Assembly (NCBI GenBank): GCA_037379345.1
Contig: CM074525.1
Coordinates: 1,497,170-1,561,169, forward strand
DNA: 64,000 bases
Direction: 5' to 3'
DNA from: Perna viridis
Taxonomy: Eukaryota
A model generated the notes under the pieces. That model was not told the origin of the DNA, did no database searches, and worked only from the letters and a program-made list of their open reading frames with translations. Below, piece after piece: positions 1-12,401 of the stretch (positions within the stretch are counted from its first letter, which is position 1; the number at the start of each line of letters is the position of its first letter). Made by a program: the position numbers and the translations under genes.

Positions 1-473
1 GTCGTCTGTGTGACACAAATAATCAAATTCGTTGGAAATGTGAAATGTGTGAAATTATGATAAAAAGTGCTTCAGAACACAAAGTAATACACATTAAAGA
101 TGTTGGAAAGCCCTCTGATGAGCCAAACTTCTCTGTGTTGCGATGTAATCTCCATTCAGAGGAATGTTGCATGTTTTGTGAAATGTGTGAAGTTTTAGTC
201 TGTTTAGTCTGCATACGTAATCTTTATGCAACCCAAGACTTAGTCGATATTGAAGATGGATATGAAAGCAAAAAAACAGGAAGGAAACAACAAGACATGG
301 AGACTGGAGAAAACAATTTGAAAACAGATGCAGAAATGAAGGCAATCAATACCAATAATGGATTTACAATGCTAAAAGAGGATCTAGTTAAATATCGGGA
401 CAAATTAAAGGAAGAAATAGACAAGCTCTTTAATGAGCTGGAAGACCAGTTTAAGGAGGTAGACCTAGGATAA
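1..473 (+). pseudogene. B-box/coiled-coil TRIM-like gene copy 1, 5'-partial, truncated by MITE
   Basis: Frame reads RLCDTNNQIRWKCEMCEIM-IKSASEHKVI..CNLHSEECCMFCEMCEVLVCLVC then coiled-coil. It lacks 12 codons of B-box1 relative to copy 3. Homology ends at the TTAA-flanked MITE at 451, which supplies the stop. Confidence 0.85.
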
Positions 474-657
474 GGGGACATAATTCTTGAAATCATTGAT
501 CTGTTTGTATCGTATTCAATTTTATCAAAGAGTTTCAAGCTTTCATTTGAAAAGGAATGAATTCAATCCAAGTTACTTTGATGCTTACATGAGACTGAAT
601 ACAAACATTCCAATGATTTGTAAGAGTTGTGTCCCCTACATTAGGTCTACCTGCTAA
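451..657 (+). mobile_element. MITE family A (TTAA-flanked, GG..CC termini, Kolobok-like non-autonomous)
   Basis: TIR ttaaggaggtagacctagg(g)taagggaca / tgtccc..taggtctacct..taa; same element recurs at 15736, 21772, 40638 and 47400. Confidence 0.8.
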
Positions 658-1789
658 GACTGGTTTAAGTTTTTTATCATGTCACTTCATTCATTTCGTT
701 TATTTTGCATAACAATTTTGCCTATAAAAATAAACCTTCAATTTTAGTGTTCCAGTCCATCAATAGACCTGAATATTGACAAAAGATTTTAGATGGTACC
801 AATGTTTATGTACAATTAGGAGCTAGCTAGCAGTTTTGCTCATATTTGATAGGATAAAATCTTTTGCAGGTCTTAAAGAACATCTATTTTTATATGTACA
901 ATTGAAAACTTGTGTTTCTTTATTATTACAAAAATTTGGAATACTTCAATAGTTTATTTCCAACTAAAAACCAATATAATCAACCAATCATATTTCATCT
1001 TTCATGATTTTGAAATCATTATTCAAAGGGAAAACCCCACGGATTCCAACAAAGTCATATGAACATTGCTACATGAAGTGATTGAATGAAACAATTGTTG
1101 AATCTTATTTTTCTTTCCGCTTTCATCTACCCCAAACTTGACTTTTTATGAGTAACCTGGCAGTTGTTTCTATAAGAGAGCTTACCCTGCCATTGTTCTT
1201 TATGCGAAAACTACCATTTCCACAAAAATAAGTCTCCATAAATATGTTCCTAGATCAAAATCGTGAAATTAAGTATCCGCGAAAATAAGTACAATTACGG
1301 TAATCAAAATATGATCACTGTCGCCAAGAATGCATTTAGACATAAGTTGTGAGTGGAACAAGTTCCTCACACTCATTAAATCTAGGTGTTTATTCTGCTC
1401 AATTAATTATCCAATTATGATTTGATACTTGAATGTTGGATCAATTTCACTATAAAAACAAGTAATTGTATGTAAATGATTCAATTAAGTGCTAATTACA
1501 GAAAATGGTGAATATTTTTTGTACTGCTCCAATGCATGAAAATAAATTACATCAATATCCCTTGAATTGTTTGTCAATATTTTTGATTAAATTATGCATG
1601 TAAAAATTATAAAACTTTGTTTTCCTGTTTTCCATATTTGAAAATATTGAAGATTTATCTGTTTAATTATCTGTAACAATATGATACAAATTGATGCAAC
1701 TGGTTTGTAATATACTGACTGAGTATAAGAATCAATATCTAAAGAATTAAAACTAGTTTGTGATATTGGTTGGATAGAAACCATTTGCA

Positions 1790-3406
1790 ATGTCTTTATC
1801 CAGGGGATCTCCTACAGGACAAATACCAGCTCTGTGTCGTCTTTGTAACAATAATTCTCAGATCAGATGGAAGTGTGTCAAATTTGCCATGACACCCAAC
1901 ATATCAGGATAAAAAATGCTGTAGAACACAAAGTTATTGATATCAAAGGAATAAGAAAGCCGTCTGATGAGCTGGAATTTTCTGTTTTGCAATGTTATCA
2001 CCATTCAGAACAATGCTTCATGTTTTGTAATACCTGTGACATTTTAATCTGTCTAGACTGCATATGCCATTGTCACAGAAAACATGAGTTTATACATATC
2101 AAAGAAGCATACGAAAATAAAAAATGGGAACTCCTGAGAAAACAACATGAAATGAAATCTGGAAAAAACAATTTGAAAACTAAAAAGGATTTCATACAAA
2201 TGAAACCAATTACTATCAATATAGGATTTACAAAGCTAAAAAAGGATATATGTAAATATCAGGAAGAATTAAAGGAAGAAATAGATAGGCACTCAAATAA
2301 GCTTCAAGATGAGCTTGAACAACACAGGTATATGGTAAAAAAATACATGAACAAGGATTACGAAAAGATGGAAAGGTTTCAAGGAAGTCAAGAGAGAATG
2401 AAGAAGAAGGTTGAAAAACTCAAAAGATCCAAAAATGTTCTTTCAAAAAGCTAAAAAACTTTCTAAGTCAATGACACCACCAGAATTAAGGCCTTTACCA
2501 ATTGAATTGCCATTATTTATACCAGGGGAGATAACTCAAGAACACTTTGGAAAACTCCTTAGTGTTGGAAGTTCAGCTCCTAGATATTCAGTGAAATTCC
2601 TAGGGAGTACGAAACATATCTGTCAACAGTTGGTGGCATAAGTGTTCAAGATAATAAAACTGTATGGCTTCATGCCAGTTTTGGTAATGTATTACGGAAA
2701 TTGAAAGTAGAACAAGGTAAACTTTAGGTGATATTTGCCTTTGAGATGAAAGTCTTTGACATGTCCTTAGCAAATGAAAATGAAATCTTACTATGTACAG
2801 ACAGCAAAATCTTAAAAATCAACAAAGACAGCAAAGTAGAGGGCACTAAATATATTACTCTGCCCTTCCATTCCATTTCCATTCATATAACAATAGACAA
2901 CAAAGTGATTGTGGGAGGTAAAAACAACCACCAAGGTAGGGCAGCTGTTACAGTAATGGATTAGATGGGAGGCAAGTTGGCTGTGTATGAATGTGACAAA
3001 AACCACCAGCGTCTGTTTAGGTATCCTTGGAGTCTGACCACAGCAAGTGAAGGTCATCTGTTTGTAGCTGATTACCTTTTGATGGATAGTAAAGGTCGAG
3101 TTGTGGTCCTCCAGGAGAATGGTGGTTTCATTACATGATACCATGGTCATGCTGTAGTCAATAAAACGATGGAATTCAGACCTGTGAGAATAATAGCTAC
3201 CCCTAATGACAGCCTTATTGTGACTGACTATCATTAACAGTGTAGGTATACTTATGACATACTACTACACCAGTGATGTAGGGATTGAACGGCCGTATTC
3301 ATTTGCTTTGAGTCAGAATGGACGTATCTTTATAGGATGTTCAAAACCCACCAGCAGTAAAGCAAATAATTCCATGCTGTTTGAAGTCAGTTATGAAGGA
3401 TTTTAG
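1790..3406 (+). pseudogene. B-box/coiled-coil/NHL-like beta-propeller (RING-less TRIM-like) gene copy 2, intronless, multiply disrupted
   Basis: ATG 1790 MSLSRGSPTGQIPALCRLC..; 22-bp frameshifting deletion in B-box1; frameshifts near 2430 and 2600; in-frame stops at 2725, 2962 and 3136. Ends ..FEVSYEGF* at 3406 and is collinear with copy 3. Confidence 0.9.
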
Positions 3407-3863
3407 TCATTCTTTCTATAATGTGAAAGATGGTGATATCAGTTTTGTTAACAATATATTCTAATTATCTTTGCTTCAGTTATCCTGCTTTATTTCAGGA
3501 ATACTGAGTGATTGTTTATGTGATAGGTAGTTGATTTAAAAAAACCTTTGAATTACTTTGGGTTCATTACTTGTCTGTAACTGAACAATCTAGTGTTTGA
3601 TTCTCCATGGTGGATGTGTATTTTTACGAAGGAAATCATACTCTCTATTAGTTTTATAACTAAGCTATGTGAGAATTAAGTAATTACTGATAACTATCTG
3701 AAGGAATTGAATCACTGGATTTATAATGTAGCTTCATGAATTGTGAGTGGTGAATAACTGAACAATTGTTAGAAACAATTGACATGAATGACTGAACAAT
3801 AATGAGAAACACTTAATTGAACCCTGCCATTAATTGTATGTCTTTTTCTTCTCTGAAGATGGT

Positions 3864-3889
3864 TGTGTGTGTGTGTGTGTGTGTGTGTG
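3864..3889. repeat. (TG)13 microsatellite
   Basis: Direct observation. Confidence 0.95.
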
Positions 3890-4352
3890 AGCTTTATGGT
3901 TGATTGAGTTTTGATTTTCATTGTCAAAAAAACCTGCTGGTGAAACAAATTACAGATATTCAAACAATGATTTCATTGTGTCTAACTCCTAAGGCAGGTT
4001 TTACTGTTCCAACACAGATTTCATGGTTTTTCAAATACTGGGAGCCTGAATAAATTGCTTTGATATGATTGACAATATGGTTTATCTATAAAGCAATATG
4101 AGCATTCAGTGTTACAATGATCAAGCTAATAGCAATTGCTTGTTTACAATGGCAAATTTTCTTAATAATTCCTGGAAAACAAATGTAAACAAAGCAAATT
4201 TGGTTTCATTTTTAGCTTTTTTATCTGTTTTATGCCATCATTTAGTCTGAAGAGTTCTCAAATTTCACATAAATGTTTTATGGTTGTCATCATGAAGTTG
4301 TGGATTGTTACCATGTATTCATCTGCACCATTAAAACTGATTTGTTCTAAGT

Positions 4353-4636
4353 GTCATAGTTTTTCTTTACCCTTTCGTCTACCCTGGACTAAACTTTTTA
4401 TGAGCAACTCGGTGGGTGTTTCTAGAAAAGCAGAAGATGCTTACCCTACCGGTGCATCTGGTCCATTCTCCCAGTTTTAAGTGGAGTTTGAGTTGCGCAT
4501 TTACTTTTGTTGCTTTGTATATATGATTTTAGTTATTTCACGTTCTTTGTTGTGTATGTCTGTTTTCCATGTCTGTTCTTTGTCCCTGGATTACATTCTT
4601 TTGATTACCGCTATAACCTTGGTTCTTTATTACTCC
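4353..4636 (+). mobile_element. Dispersed ~280-bp repeat family F (class unknown, retroposon-like); other copies ~13770-13982(-), 36739-37001(+), 57604-57812(-), 59690-59842(-), 61045-61215(+), fragment 1127-1190
   Basis: Shared core atgagcaactcgg..ctagaaaagcagaagatgcttaccctaccggtgca(c)ctggtccat(g)ctcccagtttt..agtggagt..; no TIRs seen. Confidence 0.7.
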
Positions 4637-5237
4637 TGTACACAGACAGTACACACCCAGATGGTTTCAAAATGATAACTTTAGAAGACATTGAAGGATC
4701 TTAACAAACCTTCTATGATTATTGGGTATCATAAAATACAAATCAAGTTCGAATTCCATTTTGATCCGATAGTTTACACTAAAGTTATATTCACCCCCTC
4801 CCCCCAATTTTTTGCAATGGGATGAGGCATAATTTACTGTCCCAGTAGATTACCTATTTTCAGGTCTAAAATTTGATTTGAGGGCCAGGATAAGTTTTGG
4901 TTTGTATTTATCTAGTTCTTTAAATATCAGTCAACTTGAATATGGTTATTACAATAGAATTCAATATTTAAGTATTGTCTATAAATGGGAATGGGGTGAG
5001 TTTCCTAATATTTTTGTTATGGAAGTTATCATACTTAATTGCATGTAAAAACTATATCCCAAAAAATATTTGAGATATCAGGTGATAAATGCAACAATAT
5101 ATAATTTGAATATTGGGGAACTATAAAAAAAAATATATGGACAAGAAATCTTTAAAATGCATACTCTCTTATACCCCTATTATGAAACAGTTCTATCACC
5201 TTTCATTAAAAGATTTTATCAGGTTTACATATATTGC

Positions 5238-5770
5238 AAGGCATTCTACAGGCAATTTTATACTGTCTTTTTCATATAATATCCCTTCTCATGCATTCTA
5301 TTAAAAATTTCATATCTTCTTTTGCATATAAATTATCTCATCATGCATTCTATAGGCAATTTCATACTGTCCTTTGTATATTATTTCCCTCTCATCATGC
5401 ATTCTATAGGCAATTTCATACTGTCCTTTGTATATTATTTCCCTCATCATGCATTCTAAAAGCAATTTCATACTGTCTTTTGCATATTATTTCCCTCATC
5501 ATGCATTCTAAAGGCAATTTCATACTGTCTTTTGCATATTATTTCCCTCATCATGCATTCTAAAGGCAATTTCATACTGTCTTTTGCATATTATTTCCCT
5601 CATCATGCATTCTACAGGCAATTTCATTCTGTCTTTTGCATATTATTTCCCTCATCATGCATTCTAAAGGCAATTTCATACTGTCTTTTGCATATAATAT
5701 CCCTTCTCATGCATTCTAAAGGCAATTTCATACTGTCTTTTGCATATAATATCCCTTCTCATGCATTATA
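5238..5770. repeat. 52-bp minisatellite, ~10 copies
   Basis: Unit catgcattctaaaggcaatttcatactgtcttttgcatattatttccctcat. Confidence 0.95.
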
Positions 5771-5790
5771 GGATGATTTTGGTCTCCTTC

Positions 5791-5846
5791 AAACGTTCCA
5801 ATGATTTGTAAGAGTTGTGTCCCTTACCCTAAGTCTATCTCTTTAA
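5791..5846 (+). mobile_element. MITE family A right-end remnant abutting TRIM copy 3
   Basis: aaacgttccaatgatttgtaagagttgtgtcccttaccctaagtctatctctttaa matches the family A 3' end. Confidence 0.75.
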
Positions 5847-7519
5847 ATGATTCATCAAAACACTGATATCAGCAACAATTTACCAAAAGGACAAATACCA
5901 GCTCTGTGCCATCTTTGTGACACAGAAAGTGCAATCTGATGGAAGTGTCTCATATGTCATATATTGATGTGTCAAACTTGCCGAGACAGTAGACACCTGA
6001 AGATAAAAAATGCTGCTGAACACAAGGTGATAGACATTAAAGATGTTGGAAAGCCCTCTGATGAGCCTCATTTTTCTCTGTTGCAATGTAATCTCCATTC
6101 AGAGCAATGTTGCATGTTTTGTGAAATGTGTGAAGTTTTAGTTTGTTTAGACTGCATGCGCGAATTTCATGGAGACCATGAGTTAGTTGATATCAAAGAA
6201 GGATATGAAATAAAAAGACAGGAACTCCTAAGAAAACTGCAAGAAGTAAGAACGGGAGAAAATGATTTAAAAATGAAGGTGGTTTTCATAGAAACGAAGA
6301 TGGTCACTACAGATGATGGATTTACAAAGCTTCAGGAGGAATTAGCAGATAATCATGAAAAACTGAAGAAAGAAATATGTAAACGCATAGACAAACACTT
6401 TGGTGATCTTCAAGTTCAGGTTGATCAAGATAGGTCCTTGGCAAAGGAATCATTCAACAACGATTTGGAAGAGATGGAAAAGTTCCGAGAAAAAAGAGAT
6501 AACATGAAGAAAGAGCTAGAAGAAATGGTGTACTCAAATGATGCCACAAAGTTCTTTGAAAATGTAGAGAACCTCTCCAAGTCAATAACACCACTGGAAC
6601 CAAAGTTTGAAGCCATTGAACTGCCATCATTCATTCCAGGAGAGATAAATCAAGACAACGATGGAAAACTCTGGGATGGTAGAGGTTCAAATCCTGTGTA
6701 TTCAGTGAAAGTCAAATACCAAACAGGTCTAGCTGCTGTTGGTGGAATCAATAAAAGAATATGGCTCTGTTATGGAAAGAGTGAACAGAAAGTAAAAGTA
6801 AAAGAAGGTAACCTTAAAGTACTATTGACCTTTGACCAGAAAGTCTATAACATGGCTTTCACATCTGAAAATGAACTCTTGCTATGTACAGGTTCTACTA
6901 TACTAAAAATCAACAAAGACAGTAAAGTAGAAGACACTGCATTCAACACTGTTCCCTTCTTTCTTGGGTCCATTTATATCACTACCAACAACAAAGTGAT
7001 GGTGGGAGGTAGACACAACAGCCAGGAAAGAGCTGCTGTAATAGTAATGGATCAGATGGGGGTCACTCTGGTTGTGTATGAACATGACAAGAATAATCAG
7101 CCTTTGTTTAGGAATCCAAACAGTTTGACTACAACAAGTGATGGTCATCTGTTTGTTGTTAATTTTCTTAGTAAAGGTGGTAAATGTCAAGTTATTGCCC
7201 TCCAAGAGAATGGTGATGTCATAACATGATACCATAGCCATACTGTTGTCAACAAAACCAAGGATTTTAGGCCTGTTGGAATACTAGCTACCCCAAATGA
7301 CAGTGTTATTGTGACTGACCGAGACACTCACACTCTCCATATCCTGAACAGTGTTGGTATACTTCTGACATACTACTGTATCACAGAGATATAGGGATAG
7401 AATGGTCATACTCCTTGGGTCTGGGTCAGAATGAACATTTATTTATAGGATGTACAAGACCAGCTGGTAGTAAATTGAAGGAAGCAAAAGTATATGAAGT
7501 CAGTTGTGAAGGATTTTAG
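5847..7519 (+). pseudogene. B-box/coiled-coil/NHL-like TRIM-like gene copy 3 (least decayed; 421-codon intact core 5964-7229)
   Basis: GQIPALCHLCDTESAI*WKCLICHILMCQTC..H (B-box1), CNLHSEQCCMFCEMCEVLVCLDC..H..H (B-box2), coiled coil, then propeller-like repeats. TGA at 5937 and 7227, frameshift near 7380, native end YEVSCEGF* at 7519. Confidence 0.88.
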
Positions 7520-7675
7520 ATTTAGATTTTAATAACAAGAATGAATATTTGTTTCCTTGGAAAGCTGTCATAAGACTTTTTTTTTAACTTTTGCCTGATT
7601 CTTAGGTGAACCTGTACTTTAAATGGGTACCTGTTTATCGTAGGTTTTATGTTAGTGATATTGAATAATATGTGT

Positions 7676-7970
7676 TTATGAAACTTCAGCAGGGGGTATA
7701 TAGTGATCATCTTGTCTCTTCGTCCTTCCATTTGTTCATCTCTTCGTTCTATCAATCGTCTTTTCGTCCTATCATCCATCCCCAGGTTTAATCTATAACT
7801 CCTCCAAAACAGCTGAATGGAATTTGATGAAACTTTCACAGATGTCTTTGTGTACTTCCTTTCTTGGTGTTTTTCCATCTGAATGCTTTAAATTACTTAT
7901 AGGGTATCGTAAATGGTATCTGAAGAGGTAAGCGGGGGGTATCATCAAGTGAGCTTTGCTATCTAGTTTT
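7676..7970 (+). mobile_element. Helentron-associated (HINE/pearl-like) non-autonomous element; related copies ~22300-22900, 26500-26780, 48160-48480, 48985-49470, 51290-51470
   Basis: T-rich start, internal CCAT/CTGT-type microsatellite, 'gaatttgatgaaactt' core, 3' ggggggtatc..gtgagc..gct..ctagttt hairpin end. Confidence 0.6.
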
Positions 7971-9152
7971 ATATCTTACTATATCTTTGTAAACTGCTTA
8001 ATCTGTATATTATAATAAACAGTAAGTGGACTTGTTTCCATTACTTTACTTGTTAAAAAAGTAATTTTCAAAATTTCACTGAATTCCCAGGACAAATGAC
8101 ATCTTATAATTGCATACCATTGCGAAGCTTGGAAAATAAGGCTTCCAAAATCATTATGCTAATGGTAGGATGGTTGTAGCCATATTTTGAGGGGGATAAA
8201 AGTGTTCAGCATGATGAGATCTATCTGTGGTCAAATTTTCATTTTGATATGTTAAGCCATGTTGGAGTTATTGCCCTTTTTCAATGTTTTTTTTGTTATA
8301 TTGAATGTTCTTTCTTTCAAAAATCTCCTCTGACACCACTTGGCCAGTTGGAACCAGACTTGGTATGTACGTTCCTTGGGAGTATCATGCTTAGAACTGT
8401 TGTGGGTTTTTTTGATCCATTAGAAATTATGGCTGCTGTTACTAAAAATAGAACAAAGGGGTCAGACAATAGTTTTTCACAAGTATCTCCTGAATGGACC
8501 CTTATTATAAGGTCTTCAAAAATCGTCAGGGATCAAAGTTGTCAGGTGACTCCTGTAAGAGTTCTTGCCCTTAAAATATGAAAAATGACAGGTGTTTTTT
8601 TTTTTTACAGTTTTCAGCCAAATGATTAGTGATTCATGCTTTTCATCATTCCAAATTTTAATGATTGGAATTCCTTCAGTGGGCCTCATAGAAACTGTTT
8701 TAGACAATAAGAGTGCAAATGAAAGTTACAGGAGATATTAACACTTAAAATTTGGTTGTGTTCTTAAGGGAAAATTTCCTGTCAGAACTTTTATACTATA
8801 ACCAGTCGAAAAATATTTCACAAATACTTGTAAACCTGAGGAAATGAACTCAGAGTCATTTCTAGGATGTAACAAATGTGTTTGAACAGTTTCTTCAATA
8901 ATCTTGATATATGGAGAATAACACTCTTCTTGGTTTTTCATACTTAAATAACCAACCAAGATTAGTTATTACAAAAACACAAGACCCTGAGAACTTGTGC
9001 TAAATGAACATTGCCATGATTTTGGTTGTTGCCATGGTGCCCCTAGCTGTTAATGTGAATGACTTGAAATATTATGTGGTTCCAAGAAGGACAACTCTAA
9101 TTGATTTGTAATTATCTCTCCTTGTTTTTTCAATATGGCTGATCATGCTGCA

Positions 9153-11649
9153 GGCACGAGACCGCAATTAATTTTCAAGTGCATTTCAATATACACATTT
9201 GAGCAGATTAAAAAAATTCCACCGGCGCAAACTGAATGAAACTTCTCTGGCCTAAAGATATGTACAAACAGGATTTTATATATAAATTGTAGAAAATTTT
9301 ACCATCATTTTCTGAAATTAATACATATAATTCGGAGATGGGGGTAAACATGACAAATGAACTGAGTTAAAAGTCCTAAATTTTAACCTTCTTCCACTGA
9401 ACCAAATCACAACTTTTAGTCAGAATTGATTGATGAAAAAAAATCCCATGTAATTTTAACCTATTTTCTGCCAATTAGAGGCAAAACTTCAGCAAATAAG
9501 TTTCCAGTAAAAATATGAAAAAATATGGAAGGTACCTACTACCAAAGTTGGAACTATATTCGTATACAACGAAAACCAAGGGGAATTAATTGTGTTCTCG
9601 TACCTATTAGATCAATAAATGTACTCAATTTGAATAAAAACTGCATTCATGTCAAGATGAACCTTTTTTGACTTCAAGTACAAAGTTTCATCATGATTAG
9701 TTGAAAAATATATAAGTTATAGCAAATTTAGTATCAGTGGTACATTGCATGACTTGCATGTCCAATGGTCGAAGGAAATAAGGCCCCTCTAAAACATACA
9801 TTTTTTTTTAAAATGCAATATTTTTGTGATTTTTTACATTGGTTGCATCATATTATGTGTATTTGATGCAATGAAGTTCAGTTTACTCAAGTTCCAGCTG
9901 CTTTAAGGCCATAAATTGGGTTTTTATACATGCAGCCATGGTCAATGCACTTTTAGACCATGTATAGGGGTACACATATGAAAACTCATTTTATGATGCT
10001 GACAACGACTTAAATTGATCAACTTCAAACATAAAGTGGTCTACACATATCAAATGTACATTGAAAACAGTAAGAAGTGGTTTCAAAGCTAAAACTGTCA
10101 CTCCAGATCAATTTGAACCAGACCTCTACAGAGCTTGTTCAAGTGTGATTGTGTCCGATATTAAAAGTTAGCCTTTATTTTGGTTTTGAATGATGAAAGA
10201 TCTGAAACAAATGTAAAATAATGTAAGGTTCTAAGCTTATCAGGTACATAAGCAGACAGTCAGCTGTATTTTTCCAGTTTTTCTACAAAAAATTTCATTT
10301 TTGAAACCTTAAAGTGTATGCGGAACTCTAAAATTAGGTGTTTTTGAGACATCACAAGGTATATACATGTAGTGACTTACATTAGATGCATGAATATCAA
10401 TGGAATGAATATATTAGGTTTTTTTCACATTATTTATATTATTTACTAGCAAATACAAAAGATTCAGACCAATAAAACACATATCTGTGATTTTATAGAT
10501 CCTAAGACAAGGCTGTGAAAACCCCTGATTTTGCCATATTTCATTGACTGGGTTCATAAAAATTACACTAAATTGTCAGATTTCTGCTTTTACCTTGTTC
10601 ATAAAGTATGTTTTTTGTTAATTTGATGTTCCTAGTGTATAGTTAGAGGAGAAAAACTCAAAGCTGTACAATATTTTCCCCACTGGTCTATATTTCATAC
10701 CTAGCACCTTAGCAAAAGTGCAATTTCGATGGAAAATCCCATAGAAACCATATTTTTTATTTTAATTTCAGAAAATAGAGAATAAAGGGCCAAAATCTTA
10801 TTATCTCATGTATATTTACTGAATTCTTGAAAATAAACACCAAATTACCCCCAGCAAATACTAGCAAATACAATATCTGATACCCAGGCAACCCCCTTAT
10901 TAGGCACGAGACCGCAATTAATTTTCAAGTGCATTTCAATATACACATTTGAGCAGATTAAAAAAATTCCACCGGCGCAAACTGAATGAAACTTCTCTGG
11001 CCTAAAGATATGTACAAACAGGATTTTATATATAAATTGTAGAAAATTTTACCATCATTTTCTGAAATTAATACATATAATTCGGAGATGGGGGTAAACA
11101 TGACAAATGAACTGAGTTAAAAGTCCTAAATTTTAACCTTCTTCCACTGAACCAAATCACAACTTTTAGTCAGAATTGATTGATGAAAAAAAATCCCATG
11201 TAATTTTAACCTATTTTCTACCAATTAGAGGCAAAACTTCAGCAAATAAGTTTCCAGTAAAAATATGAAAAAATGTGGAAGGTACCTACTACCTAAGTTG
11301 GAACTATATTCGTATACAACGAAAACCAAGGGGAATTAATTGTGTTCTCGTACCTATTAGATCAATAAATATACTCAATTTGAATAAAAACTGCACTCAT
11401 GTCAAGATGAACCTTTTTTGACTTCAAGTACAAAGTTTCATCATGATTAGTTGAAAAATATATAAGTTATAGCAAATTTAGTATCAGTGGTACATTGCAT
11501 GACTTGCATGTCCAATGGTCGAAGGAAATAAGGACCCTCTAAAACGTACATTTTTTTTTTAAATGCAATATTTTTGTGATTTTTTACATTGGTTGCATCA
11601 TATTATGTGTACAACGAAAACCAAGGGGAATTAATTGTGTTCTCGTACC
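9153..11649 (+). mobile_element. Composite-like non-autonomous DNA transposon with 452-bp long terminal direct repeats (KolobokP-like), tandem dimer with internal deletion
   Basis: LTDR1 9153-9604, internal 9605-10902, LTDR2 10903-11354, partial internal 11355-11610, last ~39 bp of a third LTDR 11611-11649. Each LTDR has 21-bp imperfect TIRs (ggcacgagaccgcaattaatt / aattaattgtgttctcgtacc). TGCA flanks both outer ends. Copies differ by only a few SNPs. Confidence 0.8.
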
Positions 11650-11988
11650 TGCAGTGTGAAAATGGATACAAGAGCTGGATCTAAAAATAGATCCGTGTGA
11701 AATTTCTCTAATCTAACGCATTGTTGCTAAAATACACCCATATAGCTTTAAAATTTTGAAATAAAAACAACCATGTCGTGTGGCATTTTTCCCCGTAAAT
11801 TAAGGTTCAAAAAGGGGGATATTTTTTTCAAACATCAATTGTTCAGTAGCCACCCTAAGCCTTAAGTGCTCCATAAAATACACATATATGGGCTGCTAGC
11901 TTTCAAATTCGATACTTTTGGTTCCTTACTGTTCACACTATTTTTTCATGAAAATATCTTTTTTATAATCCACCAATTGTGAAAGTTT

Positions 11989-12202
11989 CTGTATTTTCCA
12001 CTGGGCTGCATGTTGGGGTAAAGATCTGGCTGAATACCGAGGAGACATATTATTGCGCTATTGTGACCTATAGAACACATCATTAGGTTTAAAAACAAAC
12101 TGTTGCTAGAACAAACGATACCAATCTGTATTTTCTACTGGGCTGCATGTTGGGGTAAAGGTCTGGCTGAATACCGAGGAGACATAATTGTGCTATTGTA
12201 AC
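11989..12202. repeat. Local direct duplication (~77-bp core, 137-bp period)
   Basis: ctgtatttt..actgggctgcatgttggggtaaag.tctggctgaataccgaggagacata occurs twice. Confidence 0.85.
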
Positions 12203-12401
12203 CAAATACTAGGACAATGGTGCCCCTAGCATGGAAAATCTGCAACTTCAGGGTTTTTATACAACCATGGAAAAATTTGCCTAGTGTAATGGTGTCATGC
12301 TTTTGTTGTTGTTGTCACTGTTGTTGGCATGTATTCCTACATTGTCTGTAGGAATCAGGCAGTGGGTGAAACATTTTATTAAAGAAGCCACCATTTTGAT
12401 A

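Noticed and set aside
5234-5771. ORFs of 109 and 79 aa
   Set aside because: 52-bp minisatellite translations
94-7241. Minus-strand ORFs overlapping the TRIM copies
   Set aside because: Antisense shadows of the + strand coding sequence
9153-11649. LTR retrotransposon or simple segmental duplication
   Set aside because: Repeats have GG..CC rather than TG..CA ends with 21-bp TIRs, and no PBS or PPT was recognised. Precise TIR-bounded ends and the TGCA duplication argue against random duplication.
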